DNA of 64,000 nucleotides from Phycisphaerae bacterium (lineage in GTDB: Bacteria > Planctomycetota > Phycisphaerae > FEN-1346 > JAACEH01), in contig JAWLHX010000002.1 in the NCBI GenBank assembly GCA_041690105.1, forward strand, positions 25,345 to 89,344, read 5' to 3'. The notes under the pieces were generated by a model. The model was not told where the DNA came from. It was given only the letters and a program-made list of their open reading frames with translations, and did no database searches. Within the stretch, counting starts at the first letter, position 1. Every line of letters begins with the position of its first letter. Of this stretch, positions 45,582-55,715 are shown piece after piece. A program made the position numbers and the translations under genes.

Positions 45582-48467
45582 ATGAAGAGGTTACGCAGTA
45601 GCTGGATTGTGATGGGTGTGGCGGCCTTGGCGGCAGTTGTGATGGCAGCCAGCTCAATGGCACAGGAAGCTGCCCCGGCGCCGCAGACACCTTCGCAGAA
45701 AGCCCGGACCATATTCAGCGACGCCAAGTCGCAGAGCCAGACGGGGCGCTCGAAGGAGGCTGCTGAACTTTACGAATCGCTGGTCCGCAATTACAGCACG
45801 AGCGACCTGGTGCCGGAAGCCTGGGCCAACGCAATAAACATTTACAGGTCGGTCGACCCAGCTAAGAGCGAACAGCTGGAGAAGGCCTTCATGCAGCGCT
45901 TTCCGAACAGCCAGCATGCCCTGGGCGTTTACTGGGGAGCAGTCCAGCGAGCCAATGGCCGGGACAGCAAGGTTCCGAGGGAAGAGCGGATTAAGGTGAC
46001 TGAAGAGTATCTCAACCGATACTGGGCGCAGGCAAACTTCATGACGGCCATTCAGTATCTGCTGGATAACTTGTTGGCCGAGAATCGGACGGAAGACGCC
46101 GATGCCTTGCAGAGCCACGTGCTGGCCGAGGTCAGGGACGAGAGCCTGGGAACAGTCATCAACATGATTCAGCGCGGCGCAGGTGGCCGCAAGGACCACG
46201 AAAACGTAGCCAAGGTCTGGGGCCAGGCGGCCGACACCATCCCCTCGGAAATGCCTGCCTATCCGGTGCTGCGACTGCTGCAGATTCGTCACCTTGTGGC
46301 TGGCGAGCTTTACGACGAGGCGATGAAGCTTACTGACGAGCTGATTCGCGACCGGGCCAGGAGCGAGTACGGCGCTTATGCGGCCCTGGAAATCAAGCCA
46401 AGCATTCTGGTGGGCCAGAAGAATCCTGAAGAGGCCAGCAAGGCGCTTGGTTCGGCCATGAGCACCTACAATGTTTTTGTGCTCGACCGGCATCGCGAAA
46501 GGTTTGCCGAGCTGGAAGCTGAGAATGGCCGGATTGATTCGGCCATTGATATTCTTACCCGGCTGGCCGAACAGCCGCGTTGGCCGTCGCAGAAGCTGTC
46601 TCTGCTGGACAAGGTGCACGATCTTCAGCTGAAGCAGGGCAACGTTGATGCCGCCAACCAGGTAAACAATCAGATTGTGACCTTGCTGCCCGAGACGCGG
46701 ACATCGCTGTACCGGTCTCTGCGCAGCATGAACAATCTGTTTAAGGCCGAACGCGCCGAGGATGCCGCGGCCGTGTTGCGTCAGGTTATGCAGACTTACA
46801 AGGGCCATCCGACGGTTGCCGATATTGTCTACCCGAACCTGGAGCGGTTCGGCGATGCGTCCAACGCCCTGAGAGCGGAATTCGTGACAGCCTGGCCTGC
46901 TTCGCCCAAAGCCGACGAGGCGACCAAAGCCATGGGCCAGGAGCCGGCCAAGGACTCCGCTGCCGCCCAGGCGCAGATAATTTTTGAGGAATATCAGTCG
47001 TTCGCCAAGGAGAGCAACATTGACGCCGCCCGGCGTCGCATCGACCGCCTGATAGCGGAATTCCCTTCGAGTCCACTGGGCGCTGCGGCAGCCGTAGAAC
47101 TGGCCGACGCTCTGGACAAGGCCGGCCGCCCGGAAATGGCGGGCGAGTTGTGGTTACTGTTTGCCGAGAAGGCCCCCTACAACAACAGCGCCGAAGACAG
47201 GCTCAACAAAGCCGGCGCAGCCTACAGTGGCGTTGCCAAGCCGGCCGAAGCCATGCCGGCCTACAAGCGGCTATACGAGAGGTTCCGCGACAGTGCCCGC
47301 TGGGATAGCTACGTTTTCGCAGTGGCGGGCAATCTGGCGGCACAGGACCGTTTGGACGAAGCCCGCAAGCATATTCGGGAGGCGGCCAACAGTGTTGGTG
47401 GCGGCGTGGTGGGCACTCACATTCTGGCCTGGTATCCGCGGCGATTGGAGGGCCAGGAACAGTGGGACGAAGCGGCCGAGGAGATGCTCCGACTGCTGGG
47501 CGAGAACATCAGCAATCCGGCCTATCGCTCGTTGACAGCCGAGGCCTACCGCTGGGTTGTGGTGACCAACAAGAAGGACAAGGAAATCGAGCTGCTGAAC
47601 AAGCTGGCCAACCGCTACGAACAGTGGGACGAGGCGGACCGCATCCGCATCAGCCTGGCCGGCACCTATGGCCGCATGGGCAAGACATCCGAAGCGGTCA
47701 AGCTGCTTGACGAGATTGCCAAGCGTCATGCCAAGTACGAGATAGGTGCAAGCGGGGCCGGCATGCTGCAACATCTCAGCAAGTGGTCTCGTGGTTTGTA
47801 CCAGGGCACTGTTGGCCTGCAGCCGGTTGACCGGGTTGGGGCCGACATGAGCGGCGGCTATGGCAATTACCTTTACGCTCATACTGTTGAGGACATGGTC
47901 GATTACGTTCTGCTGATGAACGAGCCGGCAGCCTACCTGGAGCGGGCTAAGGCTCGGCTGGTGAAACTGGTGCGGGAATCGCGTAAGCGCCAGCCGAACT
48001 ACCGCAGTGGCATACCGTATAAGACGAAGAATATTCCGCGTCCGAACAACCACGCCCTGCCGGAGCAACGAGGCATTTACGGTATTGTGGGGCAGATTTA
48101 CGAGGGCCACCGAAGGCTTGGCGATCGCAATAATCCGTTCGACCCGGCACTGTGGCTGGACGTCTATTCGCTGTGGCCGAATCATTACATGAACGACGAA
48201 CGTATCACCAGTGCGGCCCGCTCGCTGTATAGCCGCGACAACAACAAGTTCAAGCAGGCCTATGGGATACTGCTTAAGAATTACACAGTCGGCAACAACC
48301 GTCTGCTGTGGGAGCCGTACGTTCTGTCTTCGCAGGCTCATCACGAACGTTACAGTGGAGCCAAGTCGAGTGCGGCGGCTTTGTACGGTAAAATTTTCAA
48401 AAGTTATCCGCATCACGAGCTTGCCGACGGCGCTTTCAAGGCTTACAAGGAGCTAGGCGGCAGGTAA
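45582..48467 (+). CDS. Large secreted TPR / helical-repeat protein
   Basis: GGAGG RBS, signal peptide, recurrent (F/Y/W)P.S helix-turn motifs; 13 bp after the previous gene. Confidence 0.78.
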   Translation: MKRLRSSWIVMGVAALAAVVMAASSMAQEAAPAPQTPSQKARTIFSDAKSQSQTGRSKEAAELYESLVRNYSTSDLVPEAWANAINIYRSVDPAKSEQLEKAFMQRFPNSQHALGVYWGAVQRANGRDSKVPREERIKVTEEYLNRYWAQANFMTAIQYLLDNLLAENRTEDADALQSHVLAEVRDESLGTVINMIQRGAGGRKDHENVAKVWGQAADTIPSEMPAYPVLRLLQIRHLVAGELYDEAMKLTDELIRDRARSEYGAYAALEIKPSILVGQKNPEEASKALGSAMSTYNVFVLDRHRERFAELEAENGRIDSAIDILTRLAEQPRWPSQKLSLLDKVHDLQLKQGNVDAANQVNNQIVTLLPETRTSLYRSLRSMNNLFKAERAEDAAAVLRQVMQTYKGHPTVADIVYPNLERFGDASNALRAEFVTAWPASPKADEATKAMGQEPAKDSAAAQAQIIFEEYQSFAKESNIDAARRRIDRLIAEFPSSPLGAAAAVELADALDKAGRPEMAGELWLLFAEKAPYNNSAEDRLNKAGAAYSGVAKPAEAMPAYKRLYERFRDSARWDSYVFAVAGNLAAQDRLDEARKHIREAANSVGGGVVGTHILAWYPRRLEGQEQWDEAAEEMLRLLGENISNPAYRSLTAEAYRWVVVTNKKDKEIELLNKLANRYEQWDEADRIRISLAGTYGRMGKTSEAVKLLDEIAKRHAKYEIGASGAGMLQHLSKWSRGLYQGTVGLQPVDRVGADMSGGYGNYLYAHTVEDMVDYVLLMNEPAAYLERAKARLVKLVRESRKRQPNYRSGIPYKTKNIPRPNNHALPEQRGIYGIVGQIYEGHRRLGDRNNPFDPALWLDVYSLWPNHYMNDERITSAARSLYSRDNNKFKQAYGILLKNYTVGNNRLLWEPYVLSSQAHHERYSGAKSSAAALYGKIFKSYPHHELADGAFKAYKELGGR

Positions 48468-48488
48468 AGCAGGCTGTTTGAGTTAATT

Positions 48489-48540
48489 GCAGGGGGAGCG
48501 TGGTCCCGCGAAAGCCGCCGGATCGCGCTCCGCCTGTTTT
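48489..48540 (+). terminator. Long hairpin terminator
   Basis: gcagggggagcgtggtcc pairs with ggatcgcgctccgcctgt (17 of 18 positions, counting G-U), followed by T residues. Confidence 0.6.
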
Positions 48541-48623
48541 CGCAACATCGGCCGACGGCTTGCAGTCTGGCCGCTGCCGAGTGTTAAGGAAATTACGGCA
48601 ACCATTTCGTGGGAAACTGATAG

Positions 48624-49349
48624 TTGAGCAATTCTTTGCCACCTCTGCTCTATAAAGATGATGCCCTGCTTGCTTTTGACAAGCCGAGCGGGTTGCTGTC
48701 GGTTCCGGTGAGGGACTATCCGGAGCTTGGCAACCTGGTGGACATGGTGCAGTCGCGATACGGCAGTGGCTGCATGAACGTGCATCGACTTGACCGCGAT
48801 ACCAGCGGCATTGTCGTCTTTGGCCGAACGCCGGAGGCCTGCCGCGGCATGCAGCACGTCTTAGAGAATCGTCTGGCCGAGAAGCTGTACGTTGCCCTGG
48901 CCCACGGGTCGCCTGCCACCGATGCCGGCACGATTGATGTGCCGCTGGCCCCGGACGCCGGGCGGGCCGGCCGCATGGTGGCATCGGCAGAGGGCGGCAA
49001 GCGCTGTTGCACCAGCTACGAGCTAATCAGGCAATGGAGCGGCATTGGCCGGACTGACCATGTGAGCATGCTGCGCCTGTGGCCGCGGACGGGTCGCACG
49101 CATCAGCTTCGCGTACACCTGTCGCACATGGGCTGCCCGATCCTTTCGGACCCGTTCTACGGGCTTGCGGCTACGGGTGCGACGGACGATGCTGATGCAG
49201 CCATTATCGGGCGGCTGGCACTGCACGCCGGGCAGATGAGTTTTCCCCATCCGATATCGGGGCGGCCAGTCAACATAGTTGCGCCTTTGCCGCCTGACAT
49301 GCAGCAAGCCATTGAGTTGCTGGATGCGGCTGTCAAGCGCGTCGCATAA
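48624..49349 (+). CDS. RluA family pseudouridine synthase
   Basis: DKPSGLLS, VHRLDRDTSG, TGRTHQLRVH, LALHA. Confidence 0.95.
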   Translation: MSNSLPPLLYKDDALLAFDKPSGLLSVPVRDYPELGNLVDMVQSRYGSGCMNVHRLDRDTSGIVVFGRTPEACRGMQHVLENRLAEKLYVALAHGSPATDAGTIDVPLAPDAGRAGRMVASAEGGKRCCTSYELIRQWSGIGRTDHVSMLRLWPRTGRTHQLRVHLSHMGCPILSDPFYGLAATGATDDADAAIIGRLALHAGQMSFPHPISGRPVNIVAPLPPDMQQAIELLDAAVKRVA

Positions 49350-49390
49350 CCATCGCGCCAGGAAATGGCAGAATGATAAAAGGAGACCAC

Positions 49391-50743
49391 TTGAACAATC
49401 AGACGACATGCCCTAGGTATCCTTGCACTGCGATGCCGACGGACGCCCATGCTCAGCGGCTGCTGGGGCTGTATCCCCAACGTCAGGAGGGTTTGTGGAT
49501 GCAGAGATTACGCGTGCCGGCCGGCACTTTGAGCGCAGATCAGTGGCGGCTTCTGGCCGACATTGGCCGCCAGTTCAGCACATCGGAGCCGCTGCATCTG
49601 ACAACGCGGCACGATATTGAGTTGCATGGTTTGACTGCGGAGATGATTCCGCAGGTGCAGAAGCGGCTGGCTGACGGCGGCCTGACATGCATCGGGGCTT
49701 GCGGCGATACGATTCGTAACGTCACCGTATGCCCCTGCAGTGGCATGGGGCAGCAGTTGCCGGATGTTGCACCGTTGGCCGCACAGCTTGCTGATCTGCT
49801 GCTTCAGCAACCTGGCTCCTACTCCCTGCCACGGAAGTTCAAGGTGTCGATTTCGTCCTGCGACGACGGATGTGCTCAGCCATGGATAAACGACCTGGGG
49901 CTGGTGGCACTTGAGCAGAATGGGGGCGTGCGTTTTCGGGCCATCGTGGCCGGCTCTCTGGGAGCAAAGCCCGCGACGGGCGTGGCCTTCCCGCAGTCGC
50001 TTGCGGCCGGCGAGGTCCCTGCCCTGACGCTGGCTGCGCTGCGCGTGTTTGCGGCCCATGGCGACCGCGAGCGACGCTCTCTGGCCCGCCTTCGTCATGT
50101 TCGCCAGAGGCTGGGCGATGAAGCCTTCATGGATTTGCTGGTTGAGCAATTTGAGCTGGTGCGGCAGGAACGGCAGTGGGAAGATATTCGCATTGAGCGG
50201 CCGACAGCAACATTTTCGGCCCGGCGGAATGTTGGCTTCGTCAATGGCGATGTAACGCCGCAGGCGGCAGAGGGTATTGCCCGCCTGGTCGACAACTCTG
50301 CTCTGCGCGTGCGGATCACGAATTTCCATCAGCTTGCCGTCTTCGGCATTGATGAGGCGACGGTTGATGCGGCCCTGGGCGATGCGGGCCTGGTTGCCAG
50401 CCGCGGCCCGACAATTGTCGCCTGTCCGGGCACTCGCTGGTGTTCGCGCGGGCTGGCCTCGACGCAGAGCATGGCTAATCGGCTGGCGGAGGTACTGTCG
50501 GAGCAGGAGGGCGATACGCTGATTGCTCTTTCTGGATGCCCTAATGGTTGCGCCCAGAGTTCGGTGGCCGACATCGGCCTGGTTGGTCTGGCACAGGGGC
50601 CCGCTGATAACAGGCGCGAGGTCTGGAATGTACTGACCGGTGGCGGCCGGGGTCGCGATGGTCGGCTGGCACAGACCGTGGGCGAGCGGCTGAGCCCGGA
50701 GGAGACTGTGGCGGAGGTGTTACGCCGGGTGAAAAGTTTGTAG
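49391..50743 (+). CDS. Nitrite/sulfite reductase family protein (siroheme/4Fe-4S)
   Basis: GLYPQRQ..WMQRLRVP.G, LTTR, GD..RNV, LPRKFK, CPGTRWC, SGCPNGC; AAGGAG RBS before TTG. Confidence 0.85.
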   Translation: MNNQTTCPRYPCTAMPTDAHAQRLLGLYPQRQEGLWMQRLRVPAGTLSADQWRLLADIGRQFSTSEPLHLTTRHDIELHGLTAEMIPQVQKRLADGGLTCIGACGDTIRNVTVCPCSGMGQQLPDVAPLAAQLADLLLQQPGSYSLPRKFKVSISSCDDGCAQPWINDLGLVALEQNGGVRFRAIVAGSLGAKPATGVAFPQSLAAGEVPALTLAALRVFAAHGDRERRSLARLRHVRQRLGDEAFMDLLVEQFELVRQERQWEDIRIERPTATFSARRNVGFVNGDVTPQAAEGIARLVDNSALRVRITNFHQLAVFGIDEATVDAALGDAGLVASRGPTIVACPGTRWCSRGLASTQSMANRLAEVLSEQEGDTLIALSGCPNGCAQSSVADIGLVGLAQGPADNRREVWNVLTGGGRGRDGRLAQTVGERLSPEETVAEVLRRVKSL

Positions 50744-50839
50744 TGGGGCTGACTTGCACTGCGAGTTGCAATTGAGTAGCATTGGCCGCATCGCAGGGGC
50801 AGGCAGGCGAGACATTTCCGCAAGATTGAAGGAGTCAGG

Positions 50840-52819
50840 ATGAAACGTTATCCGATCGTGCTGCACGCCGTTGGTCTGGCGGTTGTCGCTCTGGCCGGCG
50901 TGATGCTTGTTACGTCGGAAGCGACAGCGCAAGAGCTGCAGATGCAGCAACTCCAGAACCATGGGGAGCAGTACCAACTTGTGTTAAAACGCTTGGATAA
51001 GCTAATGACGGAAGCAGCTTTGGCTGATCAGCAGGAGAAAGGACCGAGCAAGATGCCCAGCGGCGCAGAACTCATCGAGCAATTGAAGGCTGACCATCCG
51101 CGTATTATCGCCACAACTGACGATTTTGCCAAGGCTCGCGAACTTGTTAAGCAGCACGAGCACGCCAAGGCCTGGATGGCAGAGATCAGGCAGCGGGGCA
51201 CGAACCTGCTCGAAGCGGCGCCTTCGCAGTACGAGATTCCGGATGGCAAGCGTTTGCTGCGCACCAGTCGCCGGGTTGTCAGTCGCATTTACGACCTGGC
51301 CCTGCTCTACCGACTGGATGGCGACCGCAAATGGGCCGAGCGGGCCTGGCTCGAGCTTGAGACGGCCGCAAACTTCAAGGACTGGAATCCTTCGCATTTT
51401 CTGGATACGGCCGAGATGGCTCACGCCTTCGCCATAGGTTACGACTGGCTCTACGACGTATGGAGTCCGGAGCAGCGCGAGGTGCTGCGCAAGGCGATGG
51501 TGCGTCACGCTCTGGAACCGGCCCTGGTGGTCTACGAGGGTGAGGGGAGACATCATAAGTGGCACGTGTCGCGTCATAACTGGAACCAGGTTTGCAATGG
51601 CGGCATTGGCCTGGCGGCCCTGGCCATTGGCGACGAAGTTCCGGAGCTGGCCGGCCGGATACTGGACGGTGCGCTGAAGTCGCTGCCGCTGGCCATGGCC
51701 AGTTATGCTCCGCAGGGGGCATGGTTCGAAGGGCCCGGTTACTGGCATTACGCCACGCGTTACACGGTTTATTTTCTGGCCGGACTGGAGAAGGCGGTGG
51801 GCTCGGACCTCGGCTTCAGCCAGGCCCAGGGCTTCAGCGAAACCGGCAACTTCATGATCGATATGATCAGCCCGACTGGCCGCAGCTTCAACTTTGCCGA
51901 TGTGGGATCGGATAACGCCCCGCGGGCCGAAGAGATGCTCTGGCTGGCCAAGCGGTTTAATCGGCCGGAACTTGTGGATTACGTGTATGCCCGCCCGGGG
52001 CCGCACCCGCTGGAGGTCATCTGGCTGAGCCGCATTGTGAATAGCGACATGCTGTCGTCAAAGCCCAGCCTCCCGCCGCTGGCCCGCCACTACAAGGTTA
52101 CGGAAGTTGTCACGGCCCGGACGGCGTGGAACGATCCGAAAGCTTTGTGGGTGGGGCTTAAGGCCGGCAGCAACAAGGTGAACCACAGCAATCTGGACCT
52201 GGGCTCGTTCGTCTTCGAGGCTGCCGGACAACGCTGGGCCGTCGATCCCGGGGCCGACAACTACAACATGCCCGGCTATTTCGACTTTAGAAGCACTCGA
52301 TGGACCTATTACCGCCTGCGGGCCGAGGGCCATAACACGCTGGTCATAAATCCCGACATGGAAGCCGACCAGGATCCGAACGCCAGTGCAGACATCGCAC
52401 ATTTCGAAACCGAGGGGCCGCGGACCACGGCCTCGGTTGATCTGACGCAGGCCTACGCCCGGCATGCCGAAAAGGTGGTTCGCAAGGTTAAGCTGGACGA
52501 GACAGGACTGCGGGTTGAGGATGAGCTGACGCTGAAGGCGGCCGGCGAGGTCTGGTGGTTTATGCATACCCGGGCCGAGGTGGAAGTTGCGGCAGATGGC
52601 CGCAGCGCGGTTCTTACCCAGGAGGGGGCCAGGCTGACCGTGAAGCTGGTGGAGCCTGCTGCCGGGACCAGGCTGACTGTCATGGATGCAGCGCCGCTCC
52701 CGGGCACGCCGAATCCGGAGATGCAGAACAAGAACCAGGGGCTGCGCAAACTGGCGATTCAGCTGAAGGATTTTGACTCGGGTAGAATTGTTGTGGTGCT
52801 GGAACCGTTGAAGCAGTGA
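50840..52819 (+). CDS. Secreted heparinase II/III family polysaccharide lyase
   Basis: HPRI, WNPSHFLDTAEM, HNWNQVCNGG, EGPGYW.Y, H..LDLGSF, HNTL. Confidence 0.85.
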   Translation: MKRYPIVLHAVGLAVVALAGVMLVTSEATAQELQMQQLQNHGEQYQLVLKRLDKLMTEAALADQQEKGPSKMPSGAELIEQLKADHPRIIATTDDFAKARELVKQHEHAKAWMAEIRQRGTNLLEAAPSQYEIPDGKRLLRTSRRVVSRIYDLALLYRLDGDRKWAERAWLELETAANFKDWNPSHFLDTAEMAHAFAIGYDWLYDVWSPEQREVLRKAMVRHALEPALVVYEGEGRHHKWHVSRHNWNQVCNGGIGLAALAIGDEVPELAGRILDGALKSLPLAMASYAPQGAWFEGPGYWHYATRYTVYFLAGLEKAVGSDLGFSQAQGFSETGNFMIDMISPTGRSFNFADVGSDNAPRAEEMLWLAKRFNRPELVDYVYARPGPHPLEVIWLSRIVNSDMLSSKPSLPPLARHYKVTEVVTARTAWNDPKALWVGLKAGSNKVNHSNLDLGSFVFEAAGQRWAVDPGADNYNMPGYFDFRSTRWTYYRLRAEGHNTLVINPDMEADQDPNASADIAHFETEGPRTTASVDLTQAYARHAEKVVRKVKLDETGLRVEDELTLKAAGEVWWFMHTRAEVEVAADGRSAVLTQEGARLTVKLVEPAAGTRLTVMDAAPLPGTPNPEMQNKNQGLRKLAIQLKDFDSGRIVVVLEPLKQ

Positions 52820-52989
52820 TAAGGCGACGGGCAGGCAAGCCACTGCAAGTTCGCGGGCCTGACTTGTAACTGATTTGCCGGATAAACAAAGATGCACGGT
52901 GGAGTAATATCCGCCGTGCATCTTCAGTTATTGCGGTATTGGGCTGCGCCGCTGATAAAGGACAAGAGACGCCCGCCAAGGCGACATCT

Positions 52990-53376
52990 TCAAGTCGGGC
53001 GCATTTCGATGCTTCGCCTGTAGGCGGTGGCCTTTTCGTCGAAGTTGTGGCCGGGCATTTCCATCATGCGACGCCCCAGGTCGAGCCAGGCGACGCGACC
53101 TTCGTCAATGCGGTCGGCAGCTAGGTTGCCACGAGCGATTTCCAGTGCGCTCTCCATCGCCAGGTCGACATACTGGTCCCGAATTGGCTGCGCATCGCCG
53201 AACTGTTTGCTGGCGTCTTCGCCTACATCGACGACAACTCGGCCGGTCATGCCGGGCCTTTCCACAGTCATGATCACGTGCAAGCCGTGCTCCGGCACCT
53301 GATCATGAATTTCGCAAATACTGACTTTGACATCTCCGCTGGTGTCGTGGACGGTCATTGTCTTCCTCTCGTTCAT
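52990..53376 (-). CDS. Small hypothetical protein (128 aa)
   Basis: G-rich RBS before ATG 53376; fills the gap between the lyase and galE. Confidence 0.6.
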   Translation of the reverse strand: MNERKTMTVHDTSGDVKVSICEIHDQVPEHGLHVIMTVERPGMTGRVVVDVGEDASKQFGDAQPIRDQYVDLAMESALEIARGNLAADRIDEGRVAWLDLGRRMMEMPGHNFDEKATAYRRSIEMRPT

Positions 53377-53552
53377 GATCCTCCCCCCTGCCTCATTTTC
53401 TGCATTCACAACCACTGCTCCTTATATAATAGCCTGACTAGCGTACCCTTGCGACCGAAAACCCGGGCGTCTATAATCGGGTACATCAAACAGCGGCACT
53501 TATAGCCCTTAATTGTTGAGGGTTGCGCCAGAAGCCAGCGGAGGTGGAGCCG

Positions 53553-54539
53553 ATGAATGTTTTTGTGACAGGTGGGGCGGGATATATTGGGTCGCACACG
53601 GTGAAGCTACTGCTGGAGCAGGGCCACCGGGTGATGGTGTACGATAACCTTAGCGAAGGCCACAGCAGCAGTTTGCCGCAAGGCGTTCTGGTGCGAGGCG
53701 ACCTTGGCGACCTGCAAACGCTGACGCAGGCACTTTCCAGCGAGCCATTTGATGCGGTGATGCATTTTGCCGCCCACTGCTACGTTGGCGAATCGATGGT
53801 CGACCCGGAGAAGTATTACATTAATAACACGCTGAATTCTCTGAATCTGCTGCGTGCCATGCGCGTGGCCGGCGTGCAGAAGATTGTCTTCTCCTCGACG
53901 GCAGCCACCTACGGCAATCCGCAGGACGACTCGCTTATTCGCGAAGACCATCCGCAGAACCCGATCAACCCTTATGGTCGCACGAAGCTGCAATTCGAGG
54001 AAATGCTGGCCGACTATGCCCGTGCTTACAAGTTTGGTTACACGGCGCTGCGTTACTTCAACGCGGCCGGAGCGGCGCCCGATGGCTCGATAGGCGAGGA
54101 CCATGACCCCGAGACGCACCTGATTCCGATCGTCATCGAGGCGGCCCTGGGAAAGCGCGAGAAGGTGAATATTTTCGGCACCGACTACAGCACTCCCGAC
54201 GGCACCTGCGTGCGCGATTACATTCACGTTTACGATCTGGCCCAGGCACATATTCTGGCTCTGCAGGCCCTGGCGCCCGGCGAGGGCCGCATGTACAACC
54301 TGGGCAACGGTCAGGGCTATTCGGTGCGACAGGTGATTGAAGCCGCCGAACGCGTGGTGGGCCAGAGCATAGCCAGCGAAGAATCGCCGCGCCGCCCTGG
54401 CGACCCGCCGGTACTGGTCGCCTCGTCGGAGCGGATCAGCAAAGAGCTTGGCTGGAAGCCGCAATTTGCCGACTTGGAAGAGATTATCCGCACGGCCTGG
54501 AACTGGCACAAGTCGCATCCGGAAGGCTATGGTGATTGA
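53553..54539 (+). CDS. galE: UDP-glucose 4-epimerase
   Basis: VTGGAGYIGSH, FSSTAATYG, YGRTK, LRYFNAAGA, DGTCVRDYIHV. Confidence 0.97.
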   Translation: MNVFVTGGAGYIGSHTVKLLLEQGHRVMVYDNLSEGHSSSLPQGVLVRGDLGDLQTLTQALSSEPFDAVMHFAAHCYVGESMVDPEKYYINNTLNSLNLLRAMRVAGVQKIVFSSTAATYGNPQDDSLIREDHPQNPINPYGRTKLQFEEMLADYARAYKFGYTALRYFNAAGAAPDGSIGEDHDPETHLIPIVIEAALGKREKVNIFGTDYSTPDGTCVRDYIHVYDLAQAHILALQALAPGEGRMYNLGNGQGYSVRQVIEAAERVVGQSIASEESPRRPGDPPVLVASSERISKELGWKPQFADLEEIIRTAWNWHKSHPEGYGD

Positions 54540-55489
54540 TCTTGAACACGAAGCTTCTGATTGCGGCGGCGACGGCATTGGCCATTGTGCTTATGGGCGT
54601 TGCTGCGGTTCACATCCACATGAGGCGTGCCGGGAGCAACAATATGTCGCAGGAACCAATTGCCGCGGAGGCTGACGGCGAAGATCAGCACGTAGATCAA
54701 ACGCCGCCGGTCGCGGATGCACAAAGCGCGCAAAGAGCGGAGTTGAAATGGCAGGAACCTGCCGACGTGGAGTTTAAGGCCGCGGCCGACGGAACGGCCC
54801 AGCGCTACGTGGAGATGCTGCCGCAAGATTATCGGCCGGGGCAGTCGGTCGATCTGCTTATTGTGCTGCATGGCCATGGGTCGGACCGCTGGCAGTATGT
54901 GCGGCAAGAGCGCGACGAGTGCCGGGCGGCCCGGGATGTGGCCCTCGCACATCGAATGATTTACGTTTCTCCTGATTATCGGGCGGCGACCTCGTGGATG
55001 GGTCCGCTGGCCGAGGCCGACCTGCTGCAGATACTGGCAGAGCTTCGGCAGCGTCACCAGGTGCGTCACGTGGTGTTGTGCGGAGCCTCGATGGGTGGGA
55101 CGTCGGCACTGATTTTTGCAGCCCTTCATCCGGATAAGATCGACGCGGTCGTGTCGCAGAATGGCACGGCGAACATGCTCGAGTTCCAGCAATTCCTTCC
55201 GGCTATTGCCAAAAGCTATGGCGGGACAAAAGAGGAGCGTGAGGAGGAGTACCGGCGTCGTAGCCCGGAACTGTTTCCGCACCGTTTTACAATGCCCATC
55301 GCCTTCACCGTTGGCGGCAAAGATACCGTTGTGCCTCCGGACAGCGTACGGCGCCTGGCCGAGACGCTTGGGCAGAGCAGAGGCCACGGCGTCCTTATGC
55401 TTGATCGGCCAGCCGGCGGCCATTCGACCAACTATGCCGACACCAAAGAGGCTATCGCCTTCGTCCTGCAGATGCTGGAACCGCAGTAG
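54536..55489 (+). CDS. Membrane-anchored or secreted alpha/beta hydrolase
   Basis: LHGHG, GASMGG, KDTVVP, GGH; TTGA overlap with galE. Confidence 0.85.
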   Translation: MILNTKLLIAAATALAIVLMGVAAVHIHMRRAGSNNMSQEPIAAEADGEDQHVDQTPPVADAQSAQRAELKWQEPADVEFKAAADGTAQRYVEMLPQDYRPGQSVDLLIVLHGHGSDRWQYVRQERDECRAARDVALAHRMIYVSPDYRAATSWMGPLAEADLLQILAELRQRHQVRHVVLCGASMGGTSALIFAALHPDKIDAVVSQNGTANMLEFQQFLPAIAKSYGGTKEEREEEYRRRSPELFPHRFTMPIAFTVGGKDTVVPPDSVRRLAETLGQSRGHGVLMLDRPAGGHSTNYADTKEAIAFVLQMLEPQ

Positions 55490-55715
55490 CTGCGGTTGTC
55501 AGCCAAACATCCCACCTTAAGTGGAAACTTAATCGCGCGGCTGGTTGTGGTTGGTATTCGTGGCCATTGATGCGGACTCATTGCCAACCCGCCGGGCAGC
55601 CACAAGAAAGACCATGCGGGGTGTGGCCCCCACATGGCCTCCGTTAGTCGTGAGCTACGCCGCAGTGATCAGCGACGGTCTCCGGTTTGGCGGCACTGTT
55701 GAAACTGGCTCACAT

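Noticed and set aside
48544-48586. Second imperfect hairpin before the RluA gene as a possible ncRNA
   Set aside because: No SRP or riboswitch signature; GC-rich DNA forms such stems readily.
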